A stretch of DNA of 64,000 nucleotides from Craspedostauros australis (lineage: Eukaryota), in contig JALAGF010004754.1 of the NCBI GenBank assembly GCA_030167865.1, positions 1-64,000 on the forward strand, given 5' to 3'. Shown here in pieces: positions 12,259 through 24,890 of the stretch; position 1 is the first letter of the stretch; every line of letters begins with the position of its first letter. Below the pieces are notes generated by a model. The model did not search any database and was not told where the DNA came from. It was given only the letters and a program-made list of their open reading frames with translations. A program made the translations under genes and the position numbers.

Positions 12259-13692
12259 TCGCATATCGCAGCTCGATTTGTGCTGGCGGTGACAGTGGCG
12301 GCGGCGGCGACAATGATCGTGGTGACCGGATCGCCGGCTCTCCAGTGATTCACTTGGTCCACGTCAAGCAAGCGCCAGAGGCCCACCGTACTATACGAGT
12401 AGAGCAACAATAGGAAAACACTTGAGCATCTCAATTCCCGTTTGGTTTAGTCGGCATGTTCTCCAGAAGTTGTTGCTGCGCAGCATGGTGGGGGCGCTTT
12501 CGGTCAAAGCGGAAGTGCCATCTGTCTAGCCTTGTTCTGGCAGCCGTCCTCATGTTGTTCTGATGTTTGCCAAGAGCGTCCCTCCAAGCCAAATAAACCC
12601 TCGCTCCGACTGTTCAGTTTATACTGTATATACTATTTAGTCGTAGCTCCCGAAATCGAGTGTTCGAGACGTGGGTCATTGTTCGCATTTTGGTGTACAA
12701 AATGTAGAAGAGTACCGGCTTTTCCGACGCGTCACGTTGTTGCCCATCCAACGTCAAGCACGAGTCTTGCCAAGTCACTTGGATGGGTTGCTCGATGTCG
12801 TCGAATGGTTCAAATCCGAACGTTGTGAGTTGCGAATCTGCGCTATCATCCTTGGATCAACAATGAACATGGACAAGTCACAATGGTTGTTCGTGAGGCG
12901 GTGTCGTCCAAGTGCGTACGAGCGATGGTGTGCAATCCATCTGGAATGTTGATAGCAACTTCAATGAGCTACAGTCCCTCGACCTTCAACTTAACCTTGT
13001 TGCTTGTGTCCCTACCGACGCCCTGACAACAGGATCGCAACTCTCGGCCAATTTGATACCTACAATCGGTGAATGCCATTTTGCTCGTTGTTTTATGACG
13101 TCGTCGTATTTTGCTCTTGCGAGTACAAGCGCAACAACGATTGCCAGTACGAGGATGGAACCTCGAGAAGGCGACTTGGAAGGAGAAGTTGCCAAGGATT
13201 GAGCCGGGGAGATAGCACCGGCAATCATGTCACCCTAAACTTCGCCGTCGGCGACCCATGATCTCCCTTGTAGACGTTTGTTGCCTTTTCGCCAGGTCGG
13301 ATGCGTCAGAGGCATCACATCACCGTTGTGAATGACGGTTGAAGTATGATGTCCCACTTACGCCCTACAGTATTTCCCCGATGGCTGACACCTCGGATGT
13401 GGCGCACGCAGCCGGAGTACCACAATTAGTGCGAGGTCCCGTATTGAAAGCTGAACAGACCTCGTGATGCGCAGGCACTTTGGCGCACACAACACCGCGC
13501 AAGAACAACAATGAAGCACGACAAAGCCAGCTGTCCGCACGTCGCGGTGCTGTTGTGCCAAGTTTGCTGAATGTCACTTTTTGGGTTGAGACCTCAATCA
13601 GCTCATAAATTCAGAAAGAGAACAAACTCCACTCACGAAAATACACACGAATCGTCGCCTCGTCCAATCATATCTCGCCTTTCCACGCCATC

Positions 13693-15974
13693 ATGAGCAA
13701 CACCCACAACTACTCGAGCAACCTCGTGCATCAGTTGTCCCGTCAGCACGGGTACGGGACTCACCGTTTCGGCCGAAACCACAACCAACAGCACCAGCAG
13801 CGACAGCAACAGCAAAACAACCAGAACCTGTTCGCTGTTGGTGGCAACAATGGCCATAGTTTCGCCAGACAAGCAACAACCCAGCTCTTCCCTGACTCAC
13901 TCCAGACACAACAACAACAGCGACAGCAACAGCTGCAGTTGGCGAACAACCCAGGTACCATCAACCACAGTAACAGCAGCAGCAGCAACAACAACAACAA
14001 CAACAACAGCAATAGCAACTCCACCATGAACAGCAACGCCACCACCGCCAAAACGTCCAAGAAAAAGGGCTCGAAGGGCGGCAAGAAGAAGGGGCAAGAC
14101 ACTGCCCCCATCTTCCTCAGGAGTAAGTCATGTCGTCAAGCAGTGTGTGCACGGTTATATGCTGGTCTTTCTTCTTGCCTGCTTGTTGACCTGCTTGTTG
14201 ACCTGCTGATCTGCTGACCTACTGGCTTGTTGGGTGTGACGATGACAGCAGCGGTGACGATGACGGCGGCAACGATGCAAACAATTGAGATTGGACCGGT
14301 CGCCACGTTGGCTGCTACGGGTTCGACTCGTGGCGATGCAACAACGTGCGACCCAGCCCCCCAAAACGCCGGTTGACACCCGCCTTCCTTGGCCAGCGAA
14401 AGGTGTCAGGCCATCAACACCAACGAATGGCAACCTGCCCGGTGCTCGCACGTCGCACCGTGCTTCGCTTTGAGATGCACCATACCACGCTCACATCAAC
14501 TGACTAACCCATTTCTTGTTTATCCCCGCAATTCGTGCCGTACCCCCACCTCCACCCCACAAATGATGATGCAGAGACATACCACATGATCGATACTTGC
14601 GATACCGCCATCGCGACATGGAACGAGGATGGCTTGAGCTTCGTGGTGAAGGATCCCGAGAAGTTCGCCGCAGAGACCATCCCGCAGTTCTTCAAGCACA
14701 ACAACTTCTCATCCTTCGTCCGACAGCTCAACTTCTACGGTTTCCGCAAGATAAAGTCGGACCCGCTCCGCATCCGCGATGCGATCAACGATGTCGAGTC
14801 CAAGTACTGGAAGTTCCGCCATGAGAAGTTCATCATGGGCCGTCCCGATCTCCTCACTGAAATCAAAAAGTCCAACCACAACGAGTCAGCAGACAAGCAG
14901 GAGGTCGAAGCGCTCAAGCGCGAAGTGAAGCAGCTCAAGGAAAAGCTCTCCTCCGTCACCGATCAGATGCAGAAGATCAGCGGCATGGTGCAGAACGTCA
15001 TCAAGACGCAACAGCTCAACCAGGCTCGCAACGCAGCATACCCCTCACCTGTCAATGAGAAGCAAAGCAAGAAGAGGCGGATGTCGAATTCGAGCGTTTT
15101 CACTGTCGACTCCATCAACAACTCTGCCCTTGCCGACCGCATCACATCGTCAGGCGCGTGGCCAGATTCCATGGAGACCGATGCCGATCGCACCGTGGCC
15201 GTCACTGTCACTGAGAACAAGCCAACTGCTGATGCCACGGTCGCCGCCACCCGATTGATCCGTCCCATGCAAGTCCAATCGAACAACCCGGCATTTCCCA
15301 ATGTCGACAAACCAATGCCCGATCCTCTCAACAACATGCCAATCATCGACGCACCCGCGGAAGCCGTTGCCTCTGTGCTCAGGGAGAAGGACTCCAATGC
15401 AGGCGTCTCCTTCCCATCGCCTTTGAACAAGGCACCGCGATTCGACTCCCTCGGCTCCTTCACCTCCACCGATGAAGACATCTTGGCTTCTCTTTTCGCA
15501 CTGGAGGACAACGAGAAGGACAGCCACAAGGTCATCCTCGACAACAGCGACGGCAATATGTCGCCCGAGTCAGCCTTGTCCATGGGCATGGGTGCGGGCG
15601 CTGTTCTCAACCCAGAAAGCAGAATGTCAACAAACTCAACTTCCTCCGTGGATCCAGCGCTCATGCACAAAATCCAGCAGTCGTTGACCTGCTTGCCGCC
15701 CCACCTGCAGAGGCTGTTCGTCGAGAGGCTCGTCGCCGTGACCACCAACCCAGAACTTTTCCAACGACAGGTGGAGGCTGTGACCGCGCTGGCCACATCT
15801 GCGGTCACGGAGGCCAAGCGCCGTGTCGAAACCAACTTCCCCGATGCCAACCGCACCGAGGAGAAGACGAACGAACAGGCCGTCCATCTGGCGACTTCTG
15901 TTCTCGCCGCCTTCCTCAACAGGTACAGGCCAGCAGAAGCATCGCAGGGTCAACCATCGCAGCAGCAGCCATAA
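13693..15974 (+). CDS. HSF: Heat shock transcription factor; exons 13693-14122 and 14575-15974 (about 609 aa)
   Basis: Splicing GTAAGT...GCAG restores PIFLRKTYHMID. HSF DNA-binding motif [20 protein letters not shown], followed by a coiled coil. Q/N-rich N-terminus. Confidence 0.93.
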
Positions 15975-17055
15975 ACGCAGCCACACCGTAGGCGCAAACC
16001 AAGCAACAATTTTGATACAGTGGAACGGCAATCAGGCAGCGATTGAGAGACAGCGCGCGATGCAAACAAAGAGAACAAGATGAAGCAGACAAACAAACCA
16101 TGTGGGGTGACAGATTCGCACGACGCAAGCGCGCACCAGCAACGACAGCCACAATAGCCCCGCTGCTTGCGGATTATTCCATACCTTCGCGAATCAGAGA
16201 GGGGATGGAGCTTGCTTCGGTGAGAGTCACAGGAGACGCAGCAGCAACTTCGGCAACTTGCTGGTAACCCTTGCGCCGCGGTGATCGGAAGGAGCCGATA
16301 CTGCGAGCACGCACACACACACGAAATGCCAAAAAGAAAAAGTACATATTCACATTCACACAGTAGATACACATTGCATTAACCAATCCTGTGCACTTCT
16401 GCCATCACCCTCTATCTGTATTGGGGCAATATCGCTCGCGGTAATAGAGATACTCGGATGTAGAGTAACGAATGACTGAAGTAGTGGAAGTCAGTGGCAC
16501 GTCTCTGCACTGCAATAATCTCTACTGGCATGGACAATCGTCATAGTCCTGTACCTCTCAACAAGTGTATGTTGGTGCGAGGAGGAGGGAGAGAAGGTGC
16601 TCAAATTTGGGTGTTGGTCAGCTATGCCCTTGAGGCCAACGTTCGCCGAGATTCCACGCTTCGACTTCAATTACACCAGAGGAACACAGGTTGAAAGCCA
16701 TTCTGCGCAGGTGTGTTGGTTGAGGGTGGTGTTTCTTTTGTGACCTTCGCACTCGGACACACTCAGAACACAGCACAACAAAACGATCGAACCAAGAGGG
16801 AGGCCAGCCAGATACGGACAGAGTAATCAGAGACAGCGGAAGAAGACGGCACGCCTCAGAAGCACGTCTGCGGACAGGCAAGGCGATCATATCACATTGA
16901 ACCCCATTGCATCTCATCGCATCTCATTGCATCCCATTGTGACCTATTTCACTCCATTGCATCTCAATTGAGAACGTGCTCCTTCAACACAGCGCATATC
17001 ACAGATACGCGGTACCCGTACAAGCAGAGGAGAGGATCCAAGTCACAGAGCAATC

Positions 17056-18069
17056 ATGATAGCGCGAGTGATGGTGCAATCTTGCCTCCTTCTGCTTGCT
17101 GCATGCCTCTCTTCGCATGCATTCCAGGCACCTTCTCCTGTGTTCAGCACTGTGGGCAAGGCAGGAACCTTCACGGAGGTGACATGGCGGAAGCCAACTG
17201 GGCACGTCAACCGCCCTTTTGGCGGTCTTGACGATGTCACGAAAACGGCCGGTCCAGCGAGGGCAATTACGACGCCAGCAGCAGCGTCCAGAAGCCTCCT
17301 TCTCGCAAGCAACGGCGACAGCAACGACGATGAGCAGAATCCCATATTCAATTTTTCTTCTGCTTCCTCGGAATCATCGGCACAGTCAGCACAGAACGCT
17401 GGCAACGAAACGACGACGACGACGACGACGACCGGAACACAGGCACCCCGATCGTCTCTGTGGCAATCCCTCGATGACTTCGGCGCATCCTTCAAGGCGA
17501 GAGCCGAGAAGGCATCGTTGGATGCATTCAACCAGAAGAAAACAGCCAAGACCTTCCTGTACAACCTCAAATCGAGCTTGTACTACTTCGTCTTCATTCT
17601 CTACCGTGCCTACCGCGGATTCTTCGTCTTGCTGCCGGAGGTCTTTCGTCAGGTCTACCAGAAGCTGGAAGCCACGATGGACGACTACAATGCGGCTCTT
17701 TTGCAGGATCCAGATGGCGCGGTCTCGAGCGGCGATGATAAGAAGGCCGTCACCAAGATGATCGTTGCCAATGGTGATGCGGTTGTGAACAATGGCGACG
17801 ATTCTGTTGGGGACGGCGATAGCATGGACGCAGCACCACCACGATGGCGAACCAAGGCAACCGTCTCCGTCCTCGCGACGGTCGTGACCGCGAGTTACGT
17901 TGTCGGTGGCGCGATGCGCGTTGCGAATATGTTCTTCAAGACGATCACCAAGAGGGAGACATCCTTGCAAGGATCCTTCGAGGCCGCAGTCGGGGAAGTG
18001 GACAAGAACGAGGATCGCATCAAGAAGCTATCTCAAAGGAATGCCCAAAGCGACGGCGGCGCAAACTGA
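17056..18069 (+). CDS. Hypothetical plastid-targeted membrane protein
   Basis: 337 aa. Signal peptide ending SSHA-FQAP (ASAFAP-like), S/T-rich transit region, hydrophobic segments. Confidence 0.8.
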   Translation: MIARVMVQSCLLLLAACLSSHAFQAPSPVFSTVGKAGTFTEVTWRKPTGHVNRPFGGLDDVTKTAGPARAITTPAAASRSLLLASNGDSNDDEQNPIFNFSSASSESSAQSAQNAGNETTTTTTTTGTQAPRSSLWQSLDDFGASFKARAEKASLDAFNQKKTAKTFLYNLKSSLYYFVFILYRAYRGFFVLLPEVFRQVYQKLEATMDDYNAALLQDPDGAVSSGDDKKAVTKMIVANGDAVVNNGDDSVGDGDSMDAAPPRWRTKATVSVLATVVTASYVVGGAMRVANMFFKTITKRETSLQGSFEAAVGEVDKNEDRIKKLSQRNAQSDGGAN

Positions 18070-18487
18070 GCTCGTTTGAAGGATCTATTCGTTGCTTGGT
18101 GGATGAAGTGCGGTGAAATGATATTGCGTGGCATGCAATACAATGCAATGTAACGCTATGGGTATCAGTGTTAGGCAGTCCTATCGAACCTTCAAGCACT
18201 GCGGATGGCAAGGCGTGTGTCATCTGGAATGCTTCCGCTCGTAGTCTCTCCAGAGAGAGAGAGAGAGTCAAGTACGTATTCTGGTAGATAGTTTATTAAG
18301 TGTAGACGTCAACGGCAATTTCTGTAGCGTAATCGCCGCCATACAAGGACAACTATTTGCACGCTTGCGTAACAGCTGCCTTAGCTTCCTTTTTGGTTAG
18401 AAACGCTGCTCTGTCGATGGCCTCGAGCCCTATCTCCAGCACCAATGCCTGCCGCCGCATCACATCCTTGTAAACACGAAGCATCCA

Positions 18488-19652
18488 TCAAATCACCATG
18501 CTCGGATCCATCGCCGCGATGTTCAGATACACCAGCAACCCGATCTGTCCCAGAAACACAAGGGACAGCACCACTATCGAAACCGTCGACAGTCCCTTAT
18601 TTTCCTCCCGCGCATCGTCACGTCCAATGTCGTACTCGCGTCCCAAATATCGCTGCGAGATCTGCTTGGCCTCTTTCTCGGCTTCACGATTCCCACCCAC
18701 GGGCGGAACGATGCGCACGATGCCCGGAATCAAGGTCCGCAGCTGTTCCTCTTTTTGCATGGCATCTTCGAACTCTTTCAAGCACTCCGCAATTTCCTCG
18801 GCAGAAACGTCGCCCGTGACTTCCAACGCCTTGGCCTGCTTCAATCGTTGCGTCGCGGCTTTGCGTCGTTGGATGGCCTCCTCGACGAGCCGTGTGCGGA
18901 AGAACAGGAAGGAAAAGATGATGGCGATCAACACGAAACTGCCGAGCGCCGGCACGTTGAGGATCGGTTCGAATGTTTGGGTCGTTGTCGTCGTTGCCGC
19001 TGTTGCGACTGCTGGTGCGAATCAAGTGGTACCATAGGAAATAATGCCCGATAGTCATGAGCAGACGTTCATGAACGAGATGGGGGTATATACGAGAGAA
19101 TGAAAAACATGGAGAGCATGAAGGAGAGAAGGTGTGAATGGATGAAAGATGATGTCAAAGGCGCATGGTGGCGCTCCTCTCAAATCTCATTTGCTCTCGT
19201 TGCGCAACATCGCAAGTGTATGGCACAACTTGACGAATAATGAAAAGCGTGGGGGTGCCTTTGCCTTGAGAATGTGTGAACGTACCTCCTGGATCGACGG
19301 AATATGCCTGGGATGCTGACACGAGATGGGTGCCAAAAGAAGTGATCTGCGATTCCATGCTGTCACCATTCATCGCGAAGAGCGACCGAAAGGGTGATGC
19401 AGAAGATGGCACGAGGTCAGCCTTGCTCAGTCGGCTTCCGACATGACCCTGAAAGTGCGAGACGAAGCACGCGTGTTGCTGTATTCTGCGGACCATGGTG
19501 ACGGTGGCTTGTTGGAATAGAGCACTCAAATAGCAGAAGTCTTCACTGAAGGTGTTGTCTCTGTATTCGCACGTGTACGTATGGTGCGGATGCTGCAGAT
19601 GGTGCGGAGACTGCGTATGCTGTGGTTTCGCCTGTGTTTGTGGTCGTGCCAT
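18488..19652 (-). CDS. Hypothetical two-TM protein, spliced (intron 19285-19012); start uncertain (ATG 19652 or 19496)
   Basis: GTACGT donor after ...VDPG and a CAG acceptor join the 19155..19847 and 18488..18955 ORFs in phase 1. Two TM helices flank a coiled segment. Confidence 0.7.
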
Positions 19653-20185
19653 CCCAAAGTGTGCGGCAGAATGATGGAGGCGATCTTTTGTGTTGATGGG
19701 TTCGGTTGTTTCTTGGTGGATGACGTTGTCGTTGATTCTTTGCGCTGCGCAAGCAACCGTTATTTGCACGTTGAATGCGTTTGATTTTGAAAATGCCCTC
19801 GAGTTTGCTCTCCTCTGCACAGAATGAACAAGCAACATGCAGACCAATTGCTATCGATGGTCGTGCCCGCGGTGATGCTGCCCCCTCAAGTTATCCTCTC
19901 TGTGTAGACACGAAGGATGCGGACGCTAACGCTGGCAATGAAACGGAAGTAGCGACAATGTCCAAGTCTATTGTACGCGGGAAATTTTGGACATCAAGCA
20001 TCACGGAGGAAATAAGGAGTAGAACGTTGTTCCATCGGACTCTTTGATGGATTCTTCGATGGAGTCTTCATGTGCTTTTGCAGAGCGCCAAGCGCGAATC
20101 AGAGTACGAGTGATCTGCGTACTCTCCTCATCGAGGCTATCGTCTGGAACACGTCCAGCAATACTGTCGCCAGCGACAATCCGGA

Positions 20186-20800
20186 TCACTTCTTCGTCAT
20201 CCGGATCTTGCCGCCCACCATCTTGAGGGCAGGGGCGCCGCGGATGAGCGCCGACCGAGCGAACTTGGTCTCGCACTGCGGACAACACCATTCGTAAGCC
20301 TCCGATGCGATGCCCGACCCCCGTTGCGTCTCCAGCACTCCCGCGCAGTCTTCCGAGATGCGGTCGATGAAGCATTTGACGAGGTTGCTCTTGGTACCGT
20401 TCTTCTTCTTGTAACGGAATAACCGCAGGCCGCATTTGGCGCAATTGACGCTGACGGTCTGAAAGCTTTCGATGGCATTGCCGGACTTTGGTTTGGCGAG
20501 AAGGCAGACGCGCGGAGACGATCGCAAGGTCCGGCGCACGTCAAGTCTGTGCTGGGAGGTGTTGCGATTCCGCATCGCGAATGGGAAACCGTCACGGCTG
20601 CTAGATGTTGCGAATCCATCGGCTGTGCCGGCAATATGCACTGCACGCGGTGCGTACCGCGGCTCAAATGCATAGCACACGGACCTCGAAAGCGACGACG
20701 ATGAACGCAACGACTGCGGCGAGGCACTCGGCGAACGCGCCGCGAGCAAAGCCGCCGTCTGCAGCAACATCACCAACTTCGGGGTGCTTGGTAACCTCAT
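20186..20800 (-). CDS. Probable organelle-targeted small zinc-ribbon protein (about 204 aa)
   Basis: Hydrophobic N-terminus and S/R-rich presequence. C-terminal domain VNCAKCGLRLFRYKK...LVKCF...CPQCETKFAR. Confidence 0.7.
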   Translation of the reverse strand: MRLPSTPKLVMLLQTAALLAARSPSASPQSLRSSSSLSRSVCYAFEPRYAPRAVHIAGTADGFATSSSRDGFPFAMRNRNTSQHRLDVRRTLRSSPRVCLLAKPKSGNAIESFQTVSVNCAKCGLRLFRYKKKNGTKSNLVKCFIDRISEDCAGVLETQRGSGIASEAYEWCCPQCETKFARSALIRGAPALKMVGGKIRMTKK

Positions 20801-21623
20801 TCTCGCAATGTTGGTACCGTCGGTTGTTCTGTTCTCTGCTATGCCATGCTCTGCGATGCTTCTCTTCGATCTACACTTGAAATATATACACCGCCGGAGC
20901 AGAGTTTGGAGCAAGCACGAGTACGAGGACCAACACGACGACGCTCTTGGTGATGGTCCGGTTGTGCCGAGGTCGTGGCAACGCTGATGGCTCCGCGATG
21001 AGAACTTGTGCGATACCAAGATCGTGTTGCGTGGTTGCGTTTCTCGGCATGATTGACTGATTCGACTCAATTCCGCAAAATCTGGTCGAATGTCAAAATG
21101 AAGAATTCCAAAGAAGGACACACTCGTACCGCACGACACAAAACACAAAACCACACAAACACACAACACACAGACGAAATCGGAGCAAGCACGAAAGATC
21201 AGGACAAGGTTGACACGTGTGCAGATGCCACCATTCCACACATTCCAACAAGGCAACACAAATCTTGTGCGTGAAGGATACGACTACAGATCCCTCTCTC
21301 TCTCTCTCTCTCTACTCCACTCGAAGTTCGTCTACTGTGGAGTATCAGATCTCCATCTCTTGGATCGTTGCATCTGCCAAAGTGCGGAAGCCACAGGAGC
21401 GACAGCATCAGAAACGACGGTAGTTGTCGACCAGAGCATTGTCAAAGACAGTTGGGGGAAAGAAGCATTGAGAAGCGACAGAATTCCATCCATTCCCGTC
21501 CAAGTCTATGCTATACCCGATTCATCATCAGAGCACGAGTTGCCCACAGCAGTCAAGGCCAGCAGCAACGCAAGCAACAACGGCAACGGCAACACGAACA
21601 ACAGCAGAAAGGACAGAACAAAG

Positions 21624-24600
21624 ATGATGCCTCCATCAGACTCAGCGGCGGGTTGGCGAAGCACTCCAAACGCCAATGGCAACGGCAACAACAACAACAA
21701 CAACAACAACGCTGAAAATGGCAATGGAAATGCAGATGGAGGCAATGGTGGGCGGATCACCAACCAGGGAAGCCAGCGACAGCAACAGCAACAACCGCTG
21801 CAACAACAACAGATGAATTGGTCAGAACGCGAGCAACGGCAGCGGTCTGTGCGTTTCATGATGATGTTCCTCCTCATGCTGCTATTGATGGATGGCGAGG
21901 AGGATGGCGCGAGGAGACCGAGGATGCTGCGCAAGCGTAATCCACCTCTACCCAAGCTCATGAACCACACCACGTACAAGGACCGCCGCGCTATCGATGA
22001 GAGGATATTCAGCATCGTCACGTCAACGCAGCGGTACGGCGATCTGGTGGCAAAGAATGGAAACACTGATCATGACCTGCAGACGCGGGACTGGGCGCAG
22101 CAAAGCCTGATCATCCAGGAGGATGGCGTTGCACAGCTGCCAACAGATCTCGCCGATCCCAAAGCTGCCAAAAAGAGAAAGAATGGAGATGCCGAAAGCG
22201 AGAACGAGACAGAGCAGAACAAGAAGAAGGTGCATCACTATCCCTGGAATGCCACTGGCTTGTACCGCGGTGATTGGGTCATCACCCACAACGTCATCGA
22301 CATGGCCGGCACGCCATCGCCCAGCGCCAAGCAGGAGGGATCTGCAGTTCCAGGCGCGGCATCGCAGGCGCAGACGCAATCTCAGCAGCAATCCATGCCA
22401 CCGGCTGCGTCAACATTGTCACAAACCAACAAAGTGGTCACACCACGCGACGTCGAGTCGATAGCAACCTCCTTGCTCGCCGAACGGAATCAGAAATTTG
22501 GTATTCTGCTTCTTCCGGATGGCATGGAGATGGCTATGCCCAATGCCACGGCCGCGTCAAACCACCAACAGCCTGGTGCGAAGTCGCAACAATCGTGGCC
22601 AAGGCAAGAGCAGTCACTGTTGTTGGGATCCAAGAGATCCAAATCGAAATCCGATCCGAAGCGGGAACCAAACCACAAGGTGACGCTGACGAAGGATTCT
22701 GGCAAGATCGCCTTCCAATTGAGTGCCCGTGCAGTGCCAGGCATGGAGGAAATCAGCCTCGTCGATGGATACATAAAGCTCTATGACTCCACCACCAGCG
22801 GCTACTCGACCAGCCGGGATCTCCTCCTCCCAACCACCGGTATTCTCATCCACTCCGTCGGGCAGCTTTCGTTGGTCGCCAACGCAAAGTCCAATCGCAC
22901 TGTCTTTGCGATGACATCCCATGATGACCCCTCGCTTGCGCAACGGCGCCGATTGCTTGATGCAGAGATCTCGAGCATCCTCAACAACGAGCATGATTGC
23001 CAATTCCCAAATGCCGCTGCTTGCAAAAGCTATGTAAACTCAGAACGGTTCGAACAGGTGCGCACAATGGTCCTCGACGAGCTAGCCTTACCGCCCACGC
23101 GTCCTGACGAACGAAGCATGATCGGACTGCACGCAAAAGGCGCAGAAGGAGCGGCAGCAGCTGATGTGCCTCAGCAACATTCACATAGGCGGCTGTTAGA
23201 TGCCGAGACGGAAGGTGTTTCAGAAGTCTCTGATCGTGTTTCCGAGACTACAACTCTCCCCAACGATGAACAGCAACAAGCCACATCCAGCAGGACTGAC
23301 GACAAATCAGACACTGTCTTCGCCTTCCCGTACATCCCGGAAGACCCGCAGAGTCCCTTGCAGCGTGAAAGACCCCCTGCCAAGATGCCAACGCGCGAAC
23401 AACAGCTCGAGATCAACTCCGGCGACTGTGAGTTCGAAATCAATATGAACGTGGAAGATGTCGAGGTGGAGCTCGGAGGCTGGCGGAAACTAGTGATGCG
23501 GTATGCCAAGGAGATCACGAATCTCAACCCAGTGATCGGTAAAAAGATCAGAGACTCGGTGGAGAAGAAGCAGAAGGAGAGGAGTAACAGCCAGCGCAGC
23601 AAGAAATCCTCGCCAACGCCACCACGATCAAAGCAGAAGCATGATCAAGCTTCTCTTGCGGCGATGAACGGGACCATCATATCTCGCAACTGCGCTTTCG
23701 AGGTCTCTGTCAACGTCACTGCCATTCGCACCGATTGGAGGCAGACCACCAACAAGGCCATGAACTACTCATTCTACATGATGCTGACATGCCTCGCGCA
23801 GATCTTCATCCTCTTCAGGCAATTGCTGCACACGCAGGCGCAATCGGCTGCAGCCAGAGTGTCGCTTCTGTGCATCGGCTGGCACACGGCGATCGATGCT
23901 CTGTACTGCCTGATCCACATCTACCTCAGCCTCGCCATCACGCCAGCCCTGACCGCCTTCGCGAGCGTCGTCTTCTTCAAACTGGTGCTGTACTGCGGAA
24001 TCGAGATGAGGTACATGGGGATCATCTTGCGCGCCAGGATTTCACGCAATAGCAGCATCACCAGCGAACAATTGCGCAAGCAGGTGGCGATGCTTCAACT
24101 GCGGTTCTACGTCGCCTTCGTTGGAATGATCCTGCTCTCCTTCTACGTGACTGAGTACTTCCGCGTGCTGTACGTGCTCGCATTGTACTCCTTCTGGGTC
24201 CCGCAGATCATCCGGAACGTCATCACCGAGGCCAAGCGTCCCATACATCCATATTTCTTGTTTGGAATGAGCCTCACGCGATTGGTGGCGCCGACCTACA
24301 TCCTCGCGATGCCAGACACTTTCCTCAAGGAGGTGTATCCTGAGAGCCCGCAATCGATCCTCATGGTGGAGTTGCTGGTTTTGTGGGTAGGCATCCAGAC
24401 CGCCGTTCTGTACGGACAAAGCCGGTACGGCGCTCGCTTCATGATCCCCGCACGTTTCCTGCCGCCCAAATTCGACTATAACCGACCGATTCCACCATCG
24501 CTGCTGCCTTCCGACATGTCCGGATCGTCATCTTCGTCGTCATCGTCGTCGGCCATACCTACGACGCCATCGATGTCCTCCAGCGCGACTGGAACGACGA

Positions 24601-24890
24601 CCAGAAATCGAAACAGAGGCAGGCAGCGCAACGGTGGCGAAGGAAGTACCATCGGGTCTAATTCCAAAGCCTCTCCGGGATCATCGTCGTCGTCAACATC
24701 GACGGCAACATCGTCGCTGAATAGTCCGTGCATCGAGTGCATCATCTGCTGCAACGGGATCGACGTGCAGAACCAAAGCGGTTACATGCTGGCACCTTGT
24801 GACCATATCTTCCACAAGGAATGCCTCACGAAATGGATGGACGTCAAGATGGAGTGCCCAGTTTGTCGTACCGCTCTACCCACGATATAA
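21624..24890 (+). CDS. Transmembrane RING-H2 E3 ubiquitin ligase (Tul1/FLY1-like, Dsc complex)
   Basis: N-terminal hydrophobic segment, luminal NATGLYRGDW, about 7 TM helices with YSFWVPQI and YGARFMIP. C-terminal CIICC...APCDHIFHKECLTKWMDVKMECPVCR. Confidence 0.9.
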   Translation: MMPPSDSAAGWRSTPNANGNGNNNNNNNNAENGNGNADGGNGGRITNQGSQRQQQQQPLQQQQMNWSEREQRQRSVRFMMMFLLMLLLMDGEEDGARRPRMLRKRNPPLPKLMNHTTYKDRRAIDERIFSIVTSTQRYGDLVAKNGNTDHDLQTRDWAQQSLIIQEDGVAQLPTDLADPKAAKKRKNGDAESENETEQNKKKVHHYPWNATGLYRGDWVITHNVIDMAGTPSPSAKQEGSAVPGAASQAQTQSQQQSMPPAASTLSQTNKVVTPRDVESIATSLLAERNQKFGILLLPDGMEMAMPNATAASNHQQPGAKSQQSWPRQEQSLLLGSKRSKSKSDPKREPNHKVTLTKDSGKIAFQLSARAVPGMEEISLVDGYIKLYDSTTSGYSTSRDLLLPTTGILIHSVGQLSLVANAKSNRTVFAMTSHDDPSLAQRRRLLDAEISSILNNEHDCQFPNAAACKSYVNSERFEQVRTMVLDELALPPTRPDERSMIGLHAKGAEGAAAADVPQQHSHRRLLDAETEGVSEVSDRVSETTTLPNDEQQQATSSRTDDKSDTVFAFPYIPEDPQSPLQRERPPAKMPTREQQLEINSGDCEFEINMNVEDVEVELGGWRKLVMRYAKEITNLNPVIGKKIRDSVEKKQKERSNSQRSKKSSPTPPRSKQKHDQASLAAMNGTIISRNCAFEVSVNVTAIRTDWRQTTNKAMNYSFYMMLTCLAQIFILFRQLLHTQAQSAAARVSLLCIGWHTAIDALYCLIHIYLSLAITPALTAFASVVFFKLVLYCGIEMRYMGIILRARISRNSSITSEQLRKQVAMLQLRFYVAFVGMILLSFYVTEYFRVLYVLALYSFWVPQIIRNVITEAKRPIHPYFLFGMSLTRLVAPTYILAMPDTFLKEVYPESPQSILMVELLVLWVGIQTAVLYGQSRYGARFMIPARFLPPKFDYNRPIPPSLLPSDMSGSSSSSSSSSAIPTTPSMSSSATGTTTRNRNRGRQRNGGEGSTIGSNSKASPGSSSSSTSTATSSLNSPCIECIICCNGIDVQNQSGYMLAPCDHIFHKECLTKWMDVKMECPVCRTALPTI

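Noticed and set aside
12532-13577. Short ORFs between the DENN and HSF genes
   Set aside because: No motifs or consistent splice model
19021-19026. In-frame TGA upstream of the 18488..18955 ORF as possible selenocysteine or readthrough
   Set aside because: It lies inside a canonical GT-AG intron (19285-19012) that joins the frames
21210-21623. N-terminal extension of the TUL1-like ORF
   Set aside because: Non-AUG start running through a (CT)n microsatellite; likely 5' UTR
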